64,000 nt of DNA from the NCBI RefSeq assembly GCF_009914755.1, contig NC_060930.1. One strand, 5' to 3'. The stretch is from the human T2T-CHM13v2.0 reference genome, Homo sapiens. Shown here piece by piece: positions 11,458-24,915 of this stretch (within the stretch, counting starts at the first letter, position 1; each line of letters opens with the position of its first letter). The position numbers and the translations under genes are program-made. The notes below the pieces were generated by a model. That model did no database searches, was not told the origin of the DNA, and worked only from the letters and a program-made list of their open reading frames with translations.

Positions 11458-12129
11458 GCCCACAATGTAATTGTACCGAGTCCAAGATGCTGAACTACAT
11501 AGCATTTTTATGTTTGGACCAACAGTTTTGAGATATTAATCTGAATTTTGTCACCTAAATGTTCTATAGCAATATTTGAAATATTTGAAACTATTTTAGT
11601 AATTATTTTACATGTGAAAAGTAGCAAAATTTGATGAAAGTTACACATATAGTATTCCAACTACTATTTTGATAGTAAGAAATAGCTGCTTATTCATTAC
11701 TCCAGATCATTATTTACTTACACACTGCATCTTGGATCCTAGAAATCTAAGATGTCTCTGAATATTGCTCAAACATTTACTTTTTAAAGACTATATATCA
11801 TGGAAATGGTCTGTTTTGTGCTTTAGCCAAGCGTATCATTTTGTTACCCTTAACTGCTCTCTAAGTGCAATGCAATGATGCCCATCCAGAACATTGTCTA
11901 TGCTAAATTGTGGAAAGAGTCATTCACAATTTCCTATTCTCTGTTCGCAAATCCAGTCCTAGGGTAATAGGCAGGTTAATTCCTTCTACGAGAATCCATT
12001 GCACCCTGTATCTCCCTTTTGATATGATGGATTATACATATGATCATTTGCTTGCGTTAAGCTCATGTATCTTTCTGGTCTGTAATTTCCATAGGATAAG
12101 TTTGTGCCAGTGGCATGCTGTTTGCAGTT

Positions 12130-12240
12130 TTCATGCATTCAACAAGCATTTATTGTGTCTTATGTGTCAAGCATGATTCTAGAGAATGAAGATTTAGCAG
12201 TAAGCAAAACAGAAAAAAATCCCTGCCTTCATGAAATTGG
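12130..12240 (-). mobile_element. L2 3' end
   Basis: cattcaacaagcatttattg...aaaacagaaaaaaatccctgccttcatgaa. Confidence 0.75.
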
Positions 12241-12269
12241 GATTTTCATGAAAGTTGTTATTGCTATTT

Positions 12270-14150
12270 TAAACCTTTTCCAACTTTCTTAGCTGTCTTT
12301 GGATCTTTATTTTCCTATCTGAATTTCAAAAGAAGATTCTTGAGCTTCTCAAGATCCAGCTAAAATTTTAATTAAGGTAGCACTGAATTCATAAGTTAAT
12401 TTTCAGGAAATTGATGTTTTTATAATATGTTATCTCAATTTATTTGGATCTTTTAGGGTCCTGTATTCAGATCTTTTATGCCTTTATGTATATTTGATAA
12501 TTATCAAAAATTTTATTGTAGGTTGTACTGTAAATATTTCATTTCCTATTATTTTACTACAGACAAATTGCACTATTTTGGTAAGTTATTCATTTATGCA
12601 GTAAATTTGTTCAACTCTCTCATTACTTATTGTAGTTTTTCTGTTGGTTATATTTGTTGTGGTTTGTAGATGAGGCTGTCATTTGCAAATAATGATGTTT
12701 GCCTTTTCTCTTAAAATAATTGCACTGCTGTATTTTTTTTATTTCTTACAACATTGGCTAGGAATTCTATTCTCTGTTGAACAGTTGCAGTGAAAATACA
12801 CATGCCTGGTTTGTCCCCATTAAGTAAATATTTGTGATAGATTTTTGATATACAGTTTTTACTTTGTTAAGAGAGTTCTTTTTTATTCCTAATTTGCTGT
12901 GAGATTTTTAAAATCATAAATAATGCACATTTTCAAATGCTTTTTCTGAATCTACTGATATAATTATAAGATTTTTCCATTTAAATCAGCAAATTGCATT
13001 GATAGATTATTTATTACTGAATTATTCTTCCATTTCTGGATCAATATGACTTCCTCATGATTTATTTGTTTCATACACTGTTAGATTTGAACAGACAATT
13101 ATATCTGCATGCATCAGTTAAATGGATTTATAAATTTTTGTTTTTATACTGTCTTTACCTGCTTCAAAATTTAATTTATATAATTTTCAGAAATAAACTC
13201 TTTAGAAATTGTAAGAATGTACAGTAAATTGTTTAGTCAGTTTTCAAATTGGCAAATTGTTCAGTTAGCCTACTTTTTGTTCTTTCAATATAAGTGAAAT
13301 TTTTGTTTACATATATCTTGAAATATATGTGTGTGACTCTTGAGGAAGAGTTCCTTGGCAATAAAATCACTAAGATAAAATTATATACATTTTTAAAATT
13401 TTATGAATACAACCAAAATTGCCCCAGAAACTTTCATACTTACACCAACGTATTTCCAGTCTTAAATATTATTATTGTTTTGAGTAGCATTTGTTTTATT
13501 TTGAGTGAGATTAAGCATTTATTTAGTTTTGACATGTTGTTTCTATAAATTGTCTATTTATATAGTTAGCTCTTTTAGTGAGTAATTGATTGCTTCATCA
13601 TGATGTATATCTACTTTTATGAATTAAGAAATTTAGCTACAGAGGCTGTGAACTGTATTCTCAGTTTACTGTTGAACATTTAAATTATCATATTTTTTAA
13701 TTTGTTAAATATAAATATTTATAAAATGAAATATATCAATTTTTCAGTTATAACTTTTTACTTTTTCTTATACTTTTGTACTTTTAAATTGCAAAAAATA
13801 TTACACATTCATTTTTCTTAAACTGTTGTGGTTTTTTTATATTTAAACTTTTGACCAAACTGGAATTCTATTTTATTAAGTAATAAACTGGAGATTAAGC
13901 TTTATTATTTTCAAATAATTCTCTCAAACCAATTAGTTTACATAACAGAATTTCTTCAATCATACAAAATAATACTTTCTCATAATGTGAATTTCTACAT
14001 TTTGTTATGTCTATGTGTTCTGTGTTATGCAATAAACTATTTTTTCTCCGTAGAAATGAGGTTAATTTTTGTAGCTTTATCATAGGTTTAATTTCTGGAA
14101 GTCTTGGCCTATCAATGTTACTCTGTACTTTAACAAATTTCCAGTTGAGG
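12270..14150 (-). mobile_element. Ancient L1M (L1ME-like) ORF2/3' fragments
   Basis: Diverged matches to antisense L1 ORF2 (ctgtcatttgcaaataatga, ttttcaaatgctttttctgaatcta, ttaatttttgtagctttat). Confidence 0.65.
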
Positions 14151-14789
14151 TTTAATGTTGTTCTGCAGACTCCCTCTTTAGCATTTTAAGGGGATTGAAT
14201 ACTGTATTTAATCATTGCTGCACTGCTTATGATCGTGGGTTAATGCATGACTTGGCTGAAAGCTATTGTCACTGAAATAGAAATATCCTGGCTTACAAAA
14301 GTTCCAGAGACTTTAATCTATTCAGAGCACGTAGGTTTATCCTCCATGTGAGATGGGCATGGCCATGAACACTAGGACAAGAGTTTGGATCAAGGTTTGT
14401 GGGTTCATATTTTTGTAGTTGTTTTTCATAATAATTTCTACTTCACAGTTATTTACTCCTTTGATTCCTCTGCTCATACAATTCAGCTAATTTGATAGAC
14501 TGGTCTATGATGCATCATTAAAGCTGCAGGATGTTGCGTAAACATCTCTAAATAAGAAAAGACTATCCACAGCTGAAAAAAATGTCCCTCTATGTCCTCA
14601 TTCACAAATACAATTTCTTTTGTAGTCTCTAACACTTTGCATCATATAAGTAGGAGAGGGTTAACTATATCCTCACCGTTATACTTGTTCAAGTTTTCTG
14701 ATAGGATTGTGGGTGTCACTAATGTTCTAAATGTTCTTGTTCTTCACCTTGGGGAGGGATATTTCAAACCTGTTACTACTTAATTAATC

Positions 14790-15330
14790 ATCCCTTCCCT
14801 ACTATTCACTTCCAGTGTTGGTCACACTCCTGTAGTAATTCCATTTCCCTCGGTCCTTTGGCTGTGAAATAGGTGATGCCCTCCCCACATGGCTCACGTA
14901 TTCCTGAATTGGCCTCACTGGCTCCAGTTCACCCCTGCTTGATCCATTCTACAGGAACATTAAGAGTTATCTTCTCCTGCTCAGGATTAATCATCACTGC
15001 CTTTAGAAGAGCCCTTGAGGGCTTACAATAGCCACTTAAATTAAATTGAAACCTCTTGTATTAGGACTCAGCAAATTGTGTACTCTGCTTTAGTCAACTG
15101 GTTGCTGTTCCTACCCTGCTCCAACTATTATTCTCTGTTTCTGCTAAACAAACTCACTCATATATATTAGGCTTCAATTCCTACTTTCAAGTAACTCTCT
15201 CTATCCTTTTCTCTCCTTCAAACCTCTCTTCAACTTTCACTCGACTCTTGTAATAGTTATCATTTTCAGTTTCCCTTGCTGTCCACTTCAGTAATTCTTT
15301 CTGAAAGCACCTACTCATTCTTTATTTTTA
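14790..15330 (+). mobile_element. L2 relic
   Basis: Pyrimidine-rich L2-like segments (atccattctaca...agagttatctt). Confidence 0.45.
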
Positions 15331-15518
15331 AATGTAATTATTAAAGATTATTTGGCAATATTAGGCCCCAGGGAAAATGCTGCCTTTACATGATCATAAT
15401 ACAAATTGATAATAAAAACATTGACCAAGAAATTTACTTTTCTTTCTCATCTTTTATACGAAGGTAGAGGACATTTCCACCTTATATTGTTATTTAAGGA
15501 ATATATGAGTTATATAGA

Positions 15519-15858
15519 AAGTTGGCCCTTCATATGTATGGATTCTGCATCCGTGGATTCAATCAACCACAAATCTAATATATCATTTAAAAAAGGAATG
15601 GTCACAGCTGTACTGAACATGTACAGACTTTTTTTTATTATTAAACCATACAGTATAACAATTATTTACACAGCATTTACAACGTGTTAGGTATTATAAG
15701 TAATCTAGAGATGATTTAAAGGATGCAAGAGAATGTGCATAGGTTATAGGCAAATACTACACCATTTTATAAAAGAGACTTGGCTATTTGTGGATTTTGA
15801 ATTTTGATATACACAGATGTTCTAGAACCAATCACCCACAGATTACAAGGGACAACTG
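15519..15858. mobile_element. MER2 (Tc1/mariner-Tigger MITE)
   Basis: agttggcccttcatatgtatggattctgcatccgtggattcaatcaacc ... aagggacaactg followed by TA. Confidence 0.9.
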
Positions 15859-16429
15859 TAGAAAGTAATTAGAACATATCCCTACATGGATATCAAGATA
15901 TCTATATGTATCATCTGTTTATTGATCCCTCTATCTATACTTTCCATTTTCATTGATTTTACTAGATATTACCACCATTGCTTCTTCAAAATCCAGCTCA
16001 AGTTTTCGCAAAACATACATGCTCAATTATATTTCAAGTCAGTATTTACTCATGAATGAATGGTAATACATCTACCTGATTCTTGTGATAGTATTCTTTA
16101 TATACAGGGAATTTGATAAATGCATAGAATATAACTGAATAACTTTGTACATGCCTATTGCTACAAATTAGAACTTTTACTATGTCAGCTGCTCAAAAGT
16201 TTGCTTGCAACTCTGATGGTAATAGACGGGTGTCTCCATGAATAATTAGTGAGACAATTATAAACAAAACTGTTTACATGTTACAGCACCATCACAATTT
16301 AAAAACCAGATTATTAATAAATGCAATATATAATTGTAGTTGAAACAAATAACCTGAGATTACATTGATTATTTGGTTAATTCTTCTGAAGATAGCTATA
16401 AAGACTTAATATCAAAATATTTCTCTATT

Positions 16430-16717
16430 GGCCAGGTGTGGTGGCTCACACCTGTAATCGCAGCACTTTGGGAGGCAGAGGCAGGCGGATCACTTGAGGT
16501 CAGGAGTTTGACACCAGCATAGCCAACATGATGAAACCCCATCTCTATTAAAAATACGAAAACTAGCCAGGCATGGTGGTGTGCACCTCTAGTCCCAGTT
16601 CTCAGGAGGCTGAGGCAGGAGAATCACTTGAACCTAGGGGCGGAGGCTGCAGTGAGTGAAGTTCACACCAGTACACCCTAGCCTGGGTGACAGAGTGAGA
16701 CTCCATCTCAAAAAAAA
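16430..16717 (+). mobile_element. Alu (AluSz/Sx) followed by a (TA)n/(CA)n microsatellite to ~16757
   Basis: Full dimeric Alu with A tail; tctatt repeated on both sides. Confidence 0.95.
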
Positions 16718-18249
16718 TTTATATATATATATACACATACACACATACACATATATATCTATTAAGCTTTTTAAATTATATCAACTTAAAGGCAGATATC
16801 CTTCTATATAATGTGGCTTGTTCCATCAAGAATTTGAGGCTCTTCACACTTTTTTTCTGAATTAAAGCAAACTTCCAAGTTTACATACAATAAAAATAGT
16901 CAAATATGTTAAAAAAATGTGTTATCTAAATAAATACGTTTATAAGCACAATTTAAAAATGGCCTCTTGTACCTTATAATTGATAGAAATATAACTTTTA
17001 GAAAAACAGGAAAACACAATGTCTTCCTAGAATTTCTGACAACCTCACAAGCCTGCCCTGCAAATAATCACAATATGAAACAACTCTTCTGCTTCATTTC
17101 TATATGGTTATATTGGTTGTTTTTAAAAACAATTTTTAATTGTTTTTTAACTGTAACCAGTCCTCCAAGCAAAAATTAAAAGTATGTTGTTGATGTTTTA
17201 ATTGAGTTTACTTTTACAATGAAGTTTCTGAAGATGCCAGAAGTCATTTCCTTACACTTTAGAAAGTGCAAGAAAATGTCCTTTTATGATAAATTGTTAA
17301 ATTGCAGTTAAAATATTAAAAATATTTTATAGTGTATAGACCAAGTCAAGAACTTACTTAACTGTATGCTATTTTAAAAGTTGTAAATTTCTTCAAACTC
17401 TAAGTTAGAACATTCGTTTTGAAAACTATTTTAATAGCTGTTTTGAGCGGTAGTGTTTTTGGTGTTGAATATATATTTAAATTTAAAATTTAACTAATAC
17501 ACAGGTGGATCATGAAGATGGACTATGAATTAAAGGTTATGATTAATCTAATTCTGTGCACCTGAGGTATAATTTTTTTTAGAGACAAAAGTCTCAACTT
17601 ACATAGCTTAAGAAAATCAGTCCAGTTAAAATTTAAGTAACGACACATAAAGTAGTCAATAGAATGCATCTACGTGTGTGTGTGTGTTTTTTTTTCTCTC
17701 TAAGCAGCTGGCAACATTTCAAACACTCTCGTAGGTGCATTAGTCTATGCAGTGGTTAGAGGAAATGAGAACCTTCCCCAACGCTTATCCACCGTTTCCA
17801 GGAGGGGAAATGAAAGGTCAGAGAAGTGATTTGCTGACTAGGGGAGTCAGCCTAACAGTGGCTTTCAGCTAATCAGTGATCTCTGGTCAGGAGAAAGTTC
17901 GTTTCTAAGAGGCAAAGTCCTTGGAGACTGGCCAGATTTGTAAAAAATAATACTGTTGTTCCTTTGGATTTTTCTTTCTTTATACAAAAATCTAGTCCAC
18001 AGATTGCTTACAGGTAACTATAGATCCATGAGTTTCAATTTGATTGACTCTCAGTGTTTTGCAGCACTCAGTGTAGGGAAAGGGGAGATAATATAATGAT
18101 GAATAGGCAAGAGGAACTGATACATGGTACATATAAAGGCACAAAGAGCTATAGAGCAATGTAACAGCTTTCATTTACTGAAGAGAAGCTATGTGCAGAT
18201 TATTTTGTGGATATTTAATTGGCCTCAAAAGCGTCCCATCAAACATGTC

Positions 18250-18600
18250 TAATTATCCCCATCTCAATGACAAGAAAACTGAAACTTAAACAGTTTAAAT
18301 CACTTGCTCCAATTTGCATCGGCAGTAATGTTAGCGGTTGGTGAATGTTAATTCCAGCCTCAGTCCAGTTCTGTTGCTCCAAAACTTCTGCTCTTCCTAA
18401 CAGGCAAGACTTCTCTTGTGCTTCCCTTGTTCCGTCTACTCTTCCCAGTGAGGGAATTTTACCATTATCCCTACCTTACCAGTGATACAACCGAAGCTTA
18501 GAGAAGCACAGTGACTTTTTGAAGGCCTCTTGGTGAAAGGGAAAAGCAGTACCCAACACCGGAGTTCGTTGCATGTCTGTTTTGAATGACAGCATGGCTT
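18250..18600 (-). mobile_element. Two MIR fragments
   Basis: attatccccatctcaatgacaagaaaactgaaac and attatccctaccttaccagtgatacaaccgaagcttagagaag resemble the MIR core. Confidence 0.65.
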
Positions 18601-18762
18601 ATTAACTTCTACATTAAGCCAAACTTTGTGGGGAAGATGGAAAGGAGAAAACTGTGTTCTCCAAACATGTGCTAGTGTTTTGTATTCCCTTGTCATTGGT
18701 CTAGTTATAACGATGTCCCATGCCTGTCTCCATATAGAAGCTGGTGACTTGTCATGGTATAA

Positions 18763-19197
<435 letters not shown>

Positions 19198-21003
19198 GGG
19201 TTTCTTGATCAATCAGCTTAGAAGAGTTGAAAATCACAAGGAAAGTAAAATACAAGCCACAGATTCATGTGTAGAGGAAGGTGGCTAATTAATTCAGATT
19301 TTTGTTGGCTGGCATTTTGAAAGCCCAATAGTAATCTTTGTGTGTCCTTAGAGACTGTGATTGTAAATTTGGTTTTAATTACATATGTTAGTATACTGGT
19401 TGAAAAAAAGAATCAAGTAAATAATTTACAAATGCTAAATTATAGAGAGGCATGCTGGCATGCTTGAATGATGGTTTTCTTGGAGACATTAGGCAGCAGG
19501 TCATTAGTGAGAGGAAGCTTTCAAAAACATGAAGTTTGGTTTTCTGCATGTTAATGCTTTGTTTATAAGACTTGTAATTATATCTAGCTCTTGGATGTCC
19601 ACACAATTCTGTGTGTCTATTTGTGATCTGCTACATGGAAACCTGGACTGGGAAGCCAGACCCAGGTTTTGAGGTAACTCTAACCAATGGAGGTGGCAAT
19701 TATTTGTTCACTTATGCCACAGATATCTTACAGTACGGAGTTTATGGCAAAAACTTACTAAGGCTGAATATGCAAAGCTAAAGAAAAGACACGATTCAAT
19801 GTGCTCAGACTCTCCAGTGGCATGGTTGATACTGACTGTTAACAAGCGAACAAAGGTTAGAATAGTTAGTTTTGCTAGGATGAGGGAAAAGGCAACATCT
19901 TCAAGGGAACAGACTTGAAAAACATGGGCCATCTTTTCCATTCCACATGCATAGGAAGAGATCTTTTCCATTTTTACCCTCTGTAACTCTAACCAAGCAA
20001 GGTGCCTTGTACTACACAATACGGGCATGATAAATACATATTTCTGTAATTTATATAAATTTATATTTGCCTACATATTTTTAACTTTCAAAAATGCCAA
20101 ATATACCTAAGGTAAAATACAATAAATTTCTATTCTTCCTTTTCATGGTAATTTTGTTTCAAGTGGAAATACAAATGAAAGTTCAATAAATTTGGGGTTG
20201 AAACCATTTCTCTTTCCTATGAGAATGAATCACTGGGGAGAAGAGAAAAAGCCCTTTTCACACTGTGAGGCATGTCTGCAGAACAGTTCCCCTGTCATGG
20301 AACTGCCACTACCTGTCCGCATCTTTGTTTGAATAAAATGGATCTGCCGGCACGTTATGTCACTCACAGAAGACTTAACATTGTGCAAAATCTCCCCCTG
20401 AAAATAAAGAGGGCACAATATTTGAGTAATTTGTACATTGGTAGGTGAGAATTAGTAATCTTGTGAATAGCACAGTGATAACCCACTTCGGTGCTTTTAA
20501 CTGATGTCATTCTTTCCTACATAACTTTCCAATTCTGGTTGTCTGAGACTTGTCTCTTCATGGGCTCTGCAGACTGATCCTCTACCATATTGTTTCCTCT
20601 GGTGTCGTCCAAGTTTCTGATTTTAGGTCAGCACTCTGCTCTCCAGAAGCCACACTCCTTGTCCTCAGTGACATAATTATCTTTATGTCCTCTGGGAAAG
20701 GAGAAGATGGCCAGGAACAAGATCAGGAGACAGAAACGTGTCTGGAAAAGCCTTTGGTTTGGCTGGAAAGCTCACATAAACAGAACATCTATAACCTCAG
20801 TTAATTCTAAACCCAAATCCATTGAATAAAGGGGAAAAATCCATATTACCTGACTCATTTTTTGTTGAACTTCTTTTAAGATAATTGGCCAGTGGGCCTA
20901 ATGGAGCACCTCCAACAAACATTTTCTCCACTTCCTCCCCTCCCCAGACTTGTGCTTCCTTTTGTTTTCTTTCCATTTGTTAGTCTCGTGAGGTGGTGAT
21001 CAC

Positions 21004-21131
21004 TCCTTCCCTTCCCTTCCTTTCCCTTCCCTGCCCTTCCCTGCCCTGCCTTGCCCTGCCCTGCCCTGCCCTCCCCTCCCCTCCACTCCCCTCCCTTTCC
21101 CCTCCCCTCTCCTTCCCTTCCCCTCCCTTCT
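21004..21131. repeat. (CCCTT)n/(CCCTG)n/(CCCCT)n pentamer tract
   Basis: Direct reading. Confidence 0.95.
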
Positions 21132-21396
21132 TACATATCTTATCCAATGGTCCAATAACCTGTAGTCCCTAGCCATCCCAGCTCACTCTACCATGTAGCA
21201 ACCCACATCCTTGTGGGTGTGGGTATGGGTGTGGGTGTGTGTGGAGAGTGTATATGTTTATATATATATTTTTTTCAGACGCATTGTTATTTAAGTAAGT
21301 GAAGAAAATCTGTGACATCTTTTCTACCTAAGCAAATTATAATACTTTATCAATATCTTCTTTTTACTAAAACAAACCCATATCATTTTCATAATA

Positions 21397-21459
21397 TTAG
21401 ATTGGCGCAAAAGCAATCGTGGTTTGACAAAAACCACGATTGCATTTGCACCAACCTAT
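21397..21459. mobile_element. MADE1 (Hsmar1 MITE; miR-548-family template), centrally shortened
   Basis: ttagattggcgcaaaagcaatcgtggttt-gacaa-aaaccacgattgcatttgcaccaacctat. Confidence 0.9.
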
Positions 21460-22084
21460 AATTCTATTTCAGATAAGAAAAAAGTTATTAAACTTGCTAA
21501 TCTTCATCAGGATCATGTTATCTATCAGTTCATCTTTGATTGTTCAGCCAATTTCCAGGTGGAGTGTAAGGAAAACAGAAATTGATTTGGTAGAAATTTT
21601 CCTTAAACTTCTAGAAATACTTGTGGATTTCTAATTGCTCACATGTGTGGTGAGTCTGGCTACAGATTGATAAGACACTTTTGCCAATTTCACCTGTGAA
21701 AAAATATCTCATTTTTTTATAGTCAGCCTTTCTAAAGTGTCTCCAGTGTGCCACTTTTATCTGCCATTCTGGAACAGAGAATGCTCTGATTCCTCTCTCT
21801 GGTAAAACAGAAGTCCTCCTTCTTGGAGACTGAATGAATTTTAGGTGGAAGCATTTCTTTCCTCACTTGTCCCGTTTGTTCTGATGACGTGCTTCTCCAT
21901 CCAGGTAACAGCCTGCCCGACGCGGATCCGGGAATACAAACAGGCTGTGCATATAGTTGGAGCCTCTCTTCACACAGCATTTCATCCTTAGGCTCAACAT
22001 GTCATCAACAAGGCTTTTTAAGACCACTAATAATCACCCTTTGGGTTTTGGAAAAACCAGTACTCAGATTTTGGCTAATACGAT

Positions 22085-22721
22085 TGTCATACATTTGCTT
22101 AATAAAGTTTCCGCCTCAGCATCTATTTTTAAGCCTGACGTAAGTTGCTGGAAGCCCAGCTGCACCCTGTCCCCTTCAGTCTAGTTAAGTTTCCTGGCCC
22201 TTACGGTGCTTTGAGATATTGTCTGCTCGTTTTTCATCCTGCTGACCCCAAACCCAACACACCCCACAGCTGCTGGCCATGGTGAAACCTAATGGTTAAC
22301 ATCAGAGTCCTGTGATCAAGTTCCCCACTTTGAGCGTGTTGTCTTAAAAGGACTCAAGCCACAACTCCTTTGAGAAAGCTTAAGTGATAACACCTATGGG
22401 TTTTAGTATAGCTGCAGTCTCACAGGTTCTCTCTCTCTGACTCTCTCTCTCTCCTCCCCCACCAGCTAGTTAAGCACTCTATTGCCTCTGGACTTCCTGT
22501 TGGCTGCCCATCAGCACCCCGACCTCTCCAGACCTGTAAGTAATAAATTTCTTCTGTTTCGTGCATTTTGGTTTCACTTCCTCATTGTCTCACCAGATAC
22601 ACACACCAGAATAAACTCCCCTGTCAGGACTCTCCTAGAAAGTGGTATCACGGCTCATGGCCATTCTCAAGAGAAAGATCTCAAGACTAAATTAGAAACC
22701 ATTACAATGAAAATCACAACG
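22085..22721 (+). mobile_element. ERVL solo LTR, MER74-like
   Basis: TG start; gacctgtaagtaataaa polyA signal; terminus ctcaagactaaattagaaaccattacaatgaaaatcacaac. Confidence 0.75.
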
Positions 22722-24589
22722 ATAACGAAAAGGGACTGCTTGTTTGTTACTATGAGCCAAAGAACTTCAGAGCCTCAGATTTTTCCACGTAAAAGTAACT
22801 TGAGGATCTTTTCTCATGGCTAGAGTTTGAATTTTCTCAAGTCTGCCTTTAAAACAACTGCAGTATGAGCTGCATCTCTGTTATTCTTACTGAAGTGAAA
22901 TATTCACACTGCACTGGCTGGTAAGTGTTCTAGGAGCATGATGTAAATGTTCTTCCTGGAAACTACCAATCCATTTTGGCAAGACTTTAAATTATACTTG
23001 CAATCCTTTCTTCTCGCTTATTTGATAATGTATCTTTTCTCACTTTCTTCTATTCATTAATTTTTTTCTCTTCCATTATTTATCATTATGGTCTATGGCT
23101 GTTGTTTAACTCTCTAAGGCTATTTATACCACTTGCATGAATCATGCTACATAAAGTAAAATAGTACCACACCATAGATTAAGGAAACTCGCTTTCTAAT
23201 ATATGATTAATTGTAAGTGGCTACACTTCCCATAATAAATTAATATAAAATGTGCTCAGTCATATGTTATGGAGATATGTGATGCATAAATAATTTTTTA
23301 TGCTTCACTTTAATCAGCATTTTGTACCAAGTCATATTATCATCTATAAAATGCTTTTCAATTGGTCCTAGGCAATCCAGACCACATAATACTTACTTCA
23401 AGGAAAAATAATGAATATTTTAGTCTTAAATATTACATACAAATGGCAGTAAATAAAAGTTAATAGGATTTAGTTTCTTTCAAATTATTTTGATCATTTC
23501 TAGGCAAGTAATTTCTTTCATAAATCAGAACATATCTTTAATTAGGAAAAGTTGGTGTGCAATATTAAAACAAAGAGTTGGACTTAGAAATTGTAAAATA
23601 TAAGCTTACGTTCCAGCTCAGCATGTCACTGTCAAAAGTCACTTCATATCTTAGAGTCTCAATGACTTGGTAAAATGGGAATAGCACTAATGTCCACCCT
23701 GCCTCCATTGTGGGACTACTGTAAGCATCTAATACTATAGTGACCTTATGAGTGTTTTGTGCATTTTTAAAGCACCAACTACCTGCAAGGTGCAACTGTG
23801 ATTTATTCCAGTATTTCAAAAAATGCATGTTCATTAACGTTTTCCTACACATACTTTCAGCACATCCATAGGAAACTCATAGTGCACTCCTCTGCATAAC
23901 AGATGAACAATTAAATGCCTTTAAAATATAATTGGTAAAGGTACAAGTCTGCAGAGATTCTTTTCGGTCTACATTCCTCCCTTTCCAAGATCCCCTGTTC
24001 TCTTTCAGCAGCCAGCAAGAAGCTCTGAACACAGTATATCTTTGCCAGTTTGGTTTGATTTTTGGTGGTTTTTATAGCTTTTTGCCATCCTGCTTTTCCA
24101 AGCTACCCACGGTGCATCTGAGCAGATCCTTGAAACTGTCATGCATTGAAACCCCCTCTCTGCCTGTCAGTCTCATCTGCTTTAATCCCAGGCTACCAGC
24201 AGCTCAGTAATAAAACTGAGAAAACAAACTCACCATCTATTATTAAAAGTTTAACTCAATGATTGTTACTGCATCTATAGAAATATGTAGGCAACACTCA
24301 ACCTTTCTATAGCCATATTTTTACCCTTTAAAAACTATTACAATATTCTCTCATGAAATAATGTAATTCTTTCACATTAATTAACTAAAGATGATTTCAA
24401 ATAACCAGTGCATGAAGGGAAATAGCTGAGGCTCCCCAGAGTTTAGGCATCTTTGTCTGTGGATGATCCTAACCCTGAATCCTGATCTGAGTACCAGGAG
24501 AACTTCCTTCTTACCTCTTATGTTTATGCAACAGTAAGAAAAAAAAAACAGCTCAAATCTCATCTCAGGGTCTTCTACCATAACATTTT

Positions 24590-24915
24590 ATTTTTCACTC
24601 CCACAGTCCAGATTGTGGTGGGGGAAGGAAGGTGGGAGGCAGTCAGCAAGAGTTTGGTTCTGCATGGTCATTCAGGCTCAGTGTGGTAGAGACAACCTCA
24701 TCAGAGCCTCAACATTCACAAGGGCAGAGGAAAGCGAGGCCAGGAAACTATGCAGGGCCTGTCCTTGCCTTGGCCAAAAGTGACAACCATCACTTCTACT
24801 TATAATTCTTAGCAAGAATTGGTAACATGCCCCAATCCAACTGCAAGGGAACTGGTCATCTCTGTGCCCAGTAAGCAAGGGAGAACTGGGTGTGGTGGAC
24901 ATTGGTGAGGTTGAC
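24590..24915 (-). mobile_element. Old MaLR LTR (MLT1J/K-like)
   Basis: gtcattcagg, aaagtgacaaccatcacttctactta, ggtaacatgccccaatccaactgcaaggga. Confidence 0.6.

Noticed and set aside
14350-14420. tRNA/MamSINE-like B-box (caaggtttgtgggttcat)
   Set aside because: No cloverleaf or A-box; similarity too weak.
21732-21980. Short ORFs in unique DNA
   Set aside because: No recognisable homology or convincing exon boundaries.
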